This document shows positions 62,786 through 64,000 of a stretch of DNA of 64,000 nucleotides, one piece after another (within the stretch, counting starts at the first letter, position 1; each line of letters starts with the position of its first letter). The stretch comes from Escherichia phage Murica, in sequence record NC_041871.1; one strand, written 5' to 3'. The position numbers and the translations under genes were made by a program. The notes under the pieces were generated by a model, which made no database searches, was not told the origin of the DNA, and was given only the letters and a program-made list of their open reading frames with translations.

Positions 62786-63990
62786 TACGCCTCCTCGTAG
62801 ATAATGTCGATGATGTTACCATCACGGTCAACTACGTATTCAATCGGATCGCCATCTTTGCGTGATTCCGGTGCTGCTACGATTTCGTAGCGGCATGCAC
62901 GGCACTTAGCACTGTTGTGTTGGTATGGCACACTAACCACATCCGCAGGGTCAACCATAACCATCATTACAGTGCCATAGCCCGCTGCATACTCTTTGCT
63001 GGCGCAGTGCAGGCCATAAGAACACGCAGCTTCCGGATCATCTTCTACAAAGTTACGAGGCATGGACACAAAAGCACCCTGGTATTGTGGAACTTTACCG
63101 CTGTGCCAATCCACCCACCTGCTCCCGTTAAACTGAACCCCCTTATAGCAAATGATTCGACCATCTTCTGCAACCTGAATGTCATTAGCCTGCATGAAAT
63201 CGTAGAGCATGTTCACAGATTTTGCAGACGGGTTGCGTAGCAGACGGACAAGGAATTTAACATATCGGTCGTCCAGTGTTCCATCTACATAATCTTCCTC
63301 AATTTTCTTTGCAATGGTGGATCGCATCTCTACACCGTAGTAGTAGAGCTTACCATCTTTCATGATCAGGTTGTCTGCAAGTGTGGTGAACTCATTCTTG
63401 CGTTCCAGCCAGACAAGGATTTCACCAATTGCCTCATCATATTCCTGAACAGAAATATGGTCGAAGACTTTCTGGTAAACTTCCTCACTTTCGCTGCGGC
63501 GAATTTCAAAAATGCCTTCGTTGCAGGTGATCTGGAGGAGTTCCCCGCAAATAACTACCAAAGGCTCGATGCTTCGAGACTGTTGCTGAGACACACTGCT
63601 CACTACTTCCAGCACCGGATCTTTGACTTCTACTAAAGGTTCTTCTGACTTGATTGCTACCCCAGTGAACCCCACACCGTGAACAACACACAGTGGGTAT
63701 ACCACGCCCCAACGTTTAACGGAACCTTCACCTGAATCTAAGATCATGGCGTACTTACCGTTGTCTTCCAGTCCGTAGCGGAATAAACGGGCCTCTTCGC
63801 GGGTTTCAAAATCCTCACGGGTATAGCAGACACTGTCTCGGTCAGGATCAAACAGCTCTGGGGCACCTACTGCCAGTGTCCATGTTGTAGTACCTTTCTC
63901 AATAGCACATGTGAAACCCTTCTTCTCAAGTTCTGCACGGCGGTCGCGTGCTTCTTTACGAGTTTTGAAATGTTCGTAGATGAAAATCAT
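62785..63990 (-). CDS. hypothetical protein (401 aa)
   Basis: GGAGA SD; first gene of - strand arm in window; C-terminal CRACRY; no motif recognised. Confidence 0.5.
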   Translation of the reverse strand: MIFIYEHFKTRKEARDRRAELEKKGFTCAIEKGTTTWTLAVGAPELFDPDRDSVCYTREDFETREEARLFRYGLEDNGKYAMILDSGEGSVKRWGVVYPLCVVHGVGFTGVAIKSEEPLVEVKDPVLEVVSSVSQQQSRSIEPLVVICGELLQITCNEGIFEIRRSESEEVYQKVFDHISVQEYDEAIGEILVWLERKNEFTTLADNLIMKDGKLYYYGVEMRSTIAKKIEEDYVDGTLDDRYVKFLVRLLRNPSAKSVNMLYDFMQANDIQVAEDGRIICYKGVQFNGSRWVDWHSGKVPQYQGAFVSMPRNFVEDDPEAACSYGLHCASKEYAAGYGTVMMVMVDPADVVSVPYQHNSAKCRACRYEIVAAPESRKDGDPIEYVVDRDGNIIDIIYEEA

Positions 63991-64000
63991 AGCTGTCTCC

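Noticed and set aside
1-64000. Prophage or mobile element boundaries (integrase, att sites, transposase)
   Set aside because: No recombinase or transposase motifs and no host-like genes at either edge; the content is uniformly phage-like.

Overview
The window is a gene-dense segment of a lytic tailed dsDNA bacteriophage genome; no integrase, transposase, tRNA, rRNA or CRISPR array was found. Expression signals are E. coli-like (TTGACA/TATAAT promoters, AGGAGG ribosome-binding sites), so a gammaproteobacterial host is inferred. Left arm (1-30.9 kb, + strand): a DNA-processing and nucleotide-metabolism module (T4 RNase H-like 5'-3' exonuclease, RuvC-like and endonuclease VII resolvases, DEDD exonuclease, two N6-adenine methyltransferases, dNMP kinase, HAD nucleotidase, ThyX, NrdA/NrdB/glutaredoxin, anaerobic NrdD/NrdG, PhoH-like, ClpP-like peptidase), then a long array of small acidic ORFs containing a paralogous family and a ribosome hibernation factor (HPF) homologue. 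Centre (30.9-33.4 kb): a 2.5-kb ORF-free region between the two convergent arms, holding an 8-unit iteron array, nested inverted/direct repeats, a 9-mer repeated five times and a G-depleted tract. Right arm (33.4-64 kb, - strand): about 30 small early-type ORFs punctuated by repeated promoter and terminator cassettes, then a macro-domain protein, an SSB-like protein, family-A DNA polymerase, TOPRIM/DnaB-type primase-helicase, C5 and type III Mod-like methyltransferases and a Dda-like helicase. All calls come from reading the sequence and the ORF track; no searches were run. Coordinates of CDS follow the ORF track (starts adjusted where a better ribosome-binding site was visible); coordinates of motifs and hairpins are hand-counted and may be off by 1-2 nt.
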